Below are positions 63,993 to 64,000 of a DNA stretch of 64,000 nucleotides, piece after piece. A model generated the notes under the pieces. The model worked only from the letters and a program-made list of their open reading frames with translations. It was not told where the DNA came from and ran no database searches. The position numbers and the translations under genes were made by a program. The DNA comes from Anolis carolinensis. Taxonomy: Eukaryota. The DNA is taken from contig NC_085845.1 of the NCBI RefSeq assembly GCF_035594765.1, positions 95,350,024 to 95,414,023 on the forward strand. Reading direction: 5' to 3'. Position 1 is the stretch's first letter. Each line of letters starts with the position of its first letter.

Positions 63993-64000
63993 CTCAGGAC

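Noticed and set aside
59877-64000. Next PCLO exon (MQVLEWNG…)
   Set aside because: No matching sequence found; it presumably lies beyond the window.

Overview
Vertebrate genomic DNA, almost certainly a squamate and most likely an Anolis lizard, judged from the repeat content (Sauria SINE, Anolis SINE2/LINE2 tails, 5S-derived SINE, Bov-B, CR1 with ATTCTATG tail). The whole window lies inside the presynaptic scaffold gene Piccolo (PCLO) on the + strand. It holds seven coding exons, equivalent to mammalian exons 4 (partial) to 10, and all splice phases join into one open frame. The introns are dense with LINEs, SINEs, MITEs, hAT elements and a decayed mariner. Main leads: (1) The short 397-nt intron after the giant exon reads through into a 23-aa tail that closely resembles the ribbon-synapse isoform Piccolino, and the intron carries three UGCAUG (RBFOX) elements. 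(2) A second read-through after exon 7 is followed by a transposon-free, 3'UTR-like stretch and would give a Piccolo lacking PDZ and C2 domains. (3) There is a distal TACTAAC with out-of-frame acceptors at exon 8, and an ACUAAC at the acceptor of the symmetric PDZ exon. (4) A lineage-expanded Q19 tract. (5) A tiny Penelope insertion with a 13-bp TSD carries a minimal hammerhead ribozyme. (6) Mosaic 'pack' hAT elements, and inverted repeats flanking exons. Comparisons with mammalian sequences are from memory and need verification.
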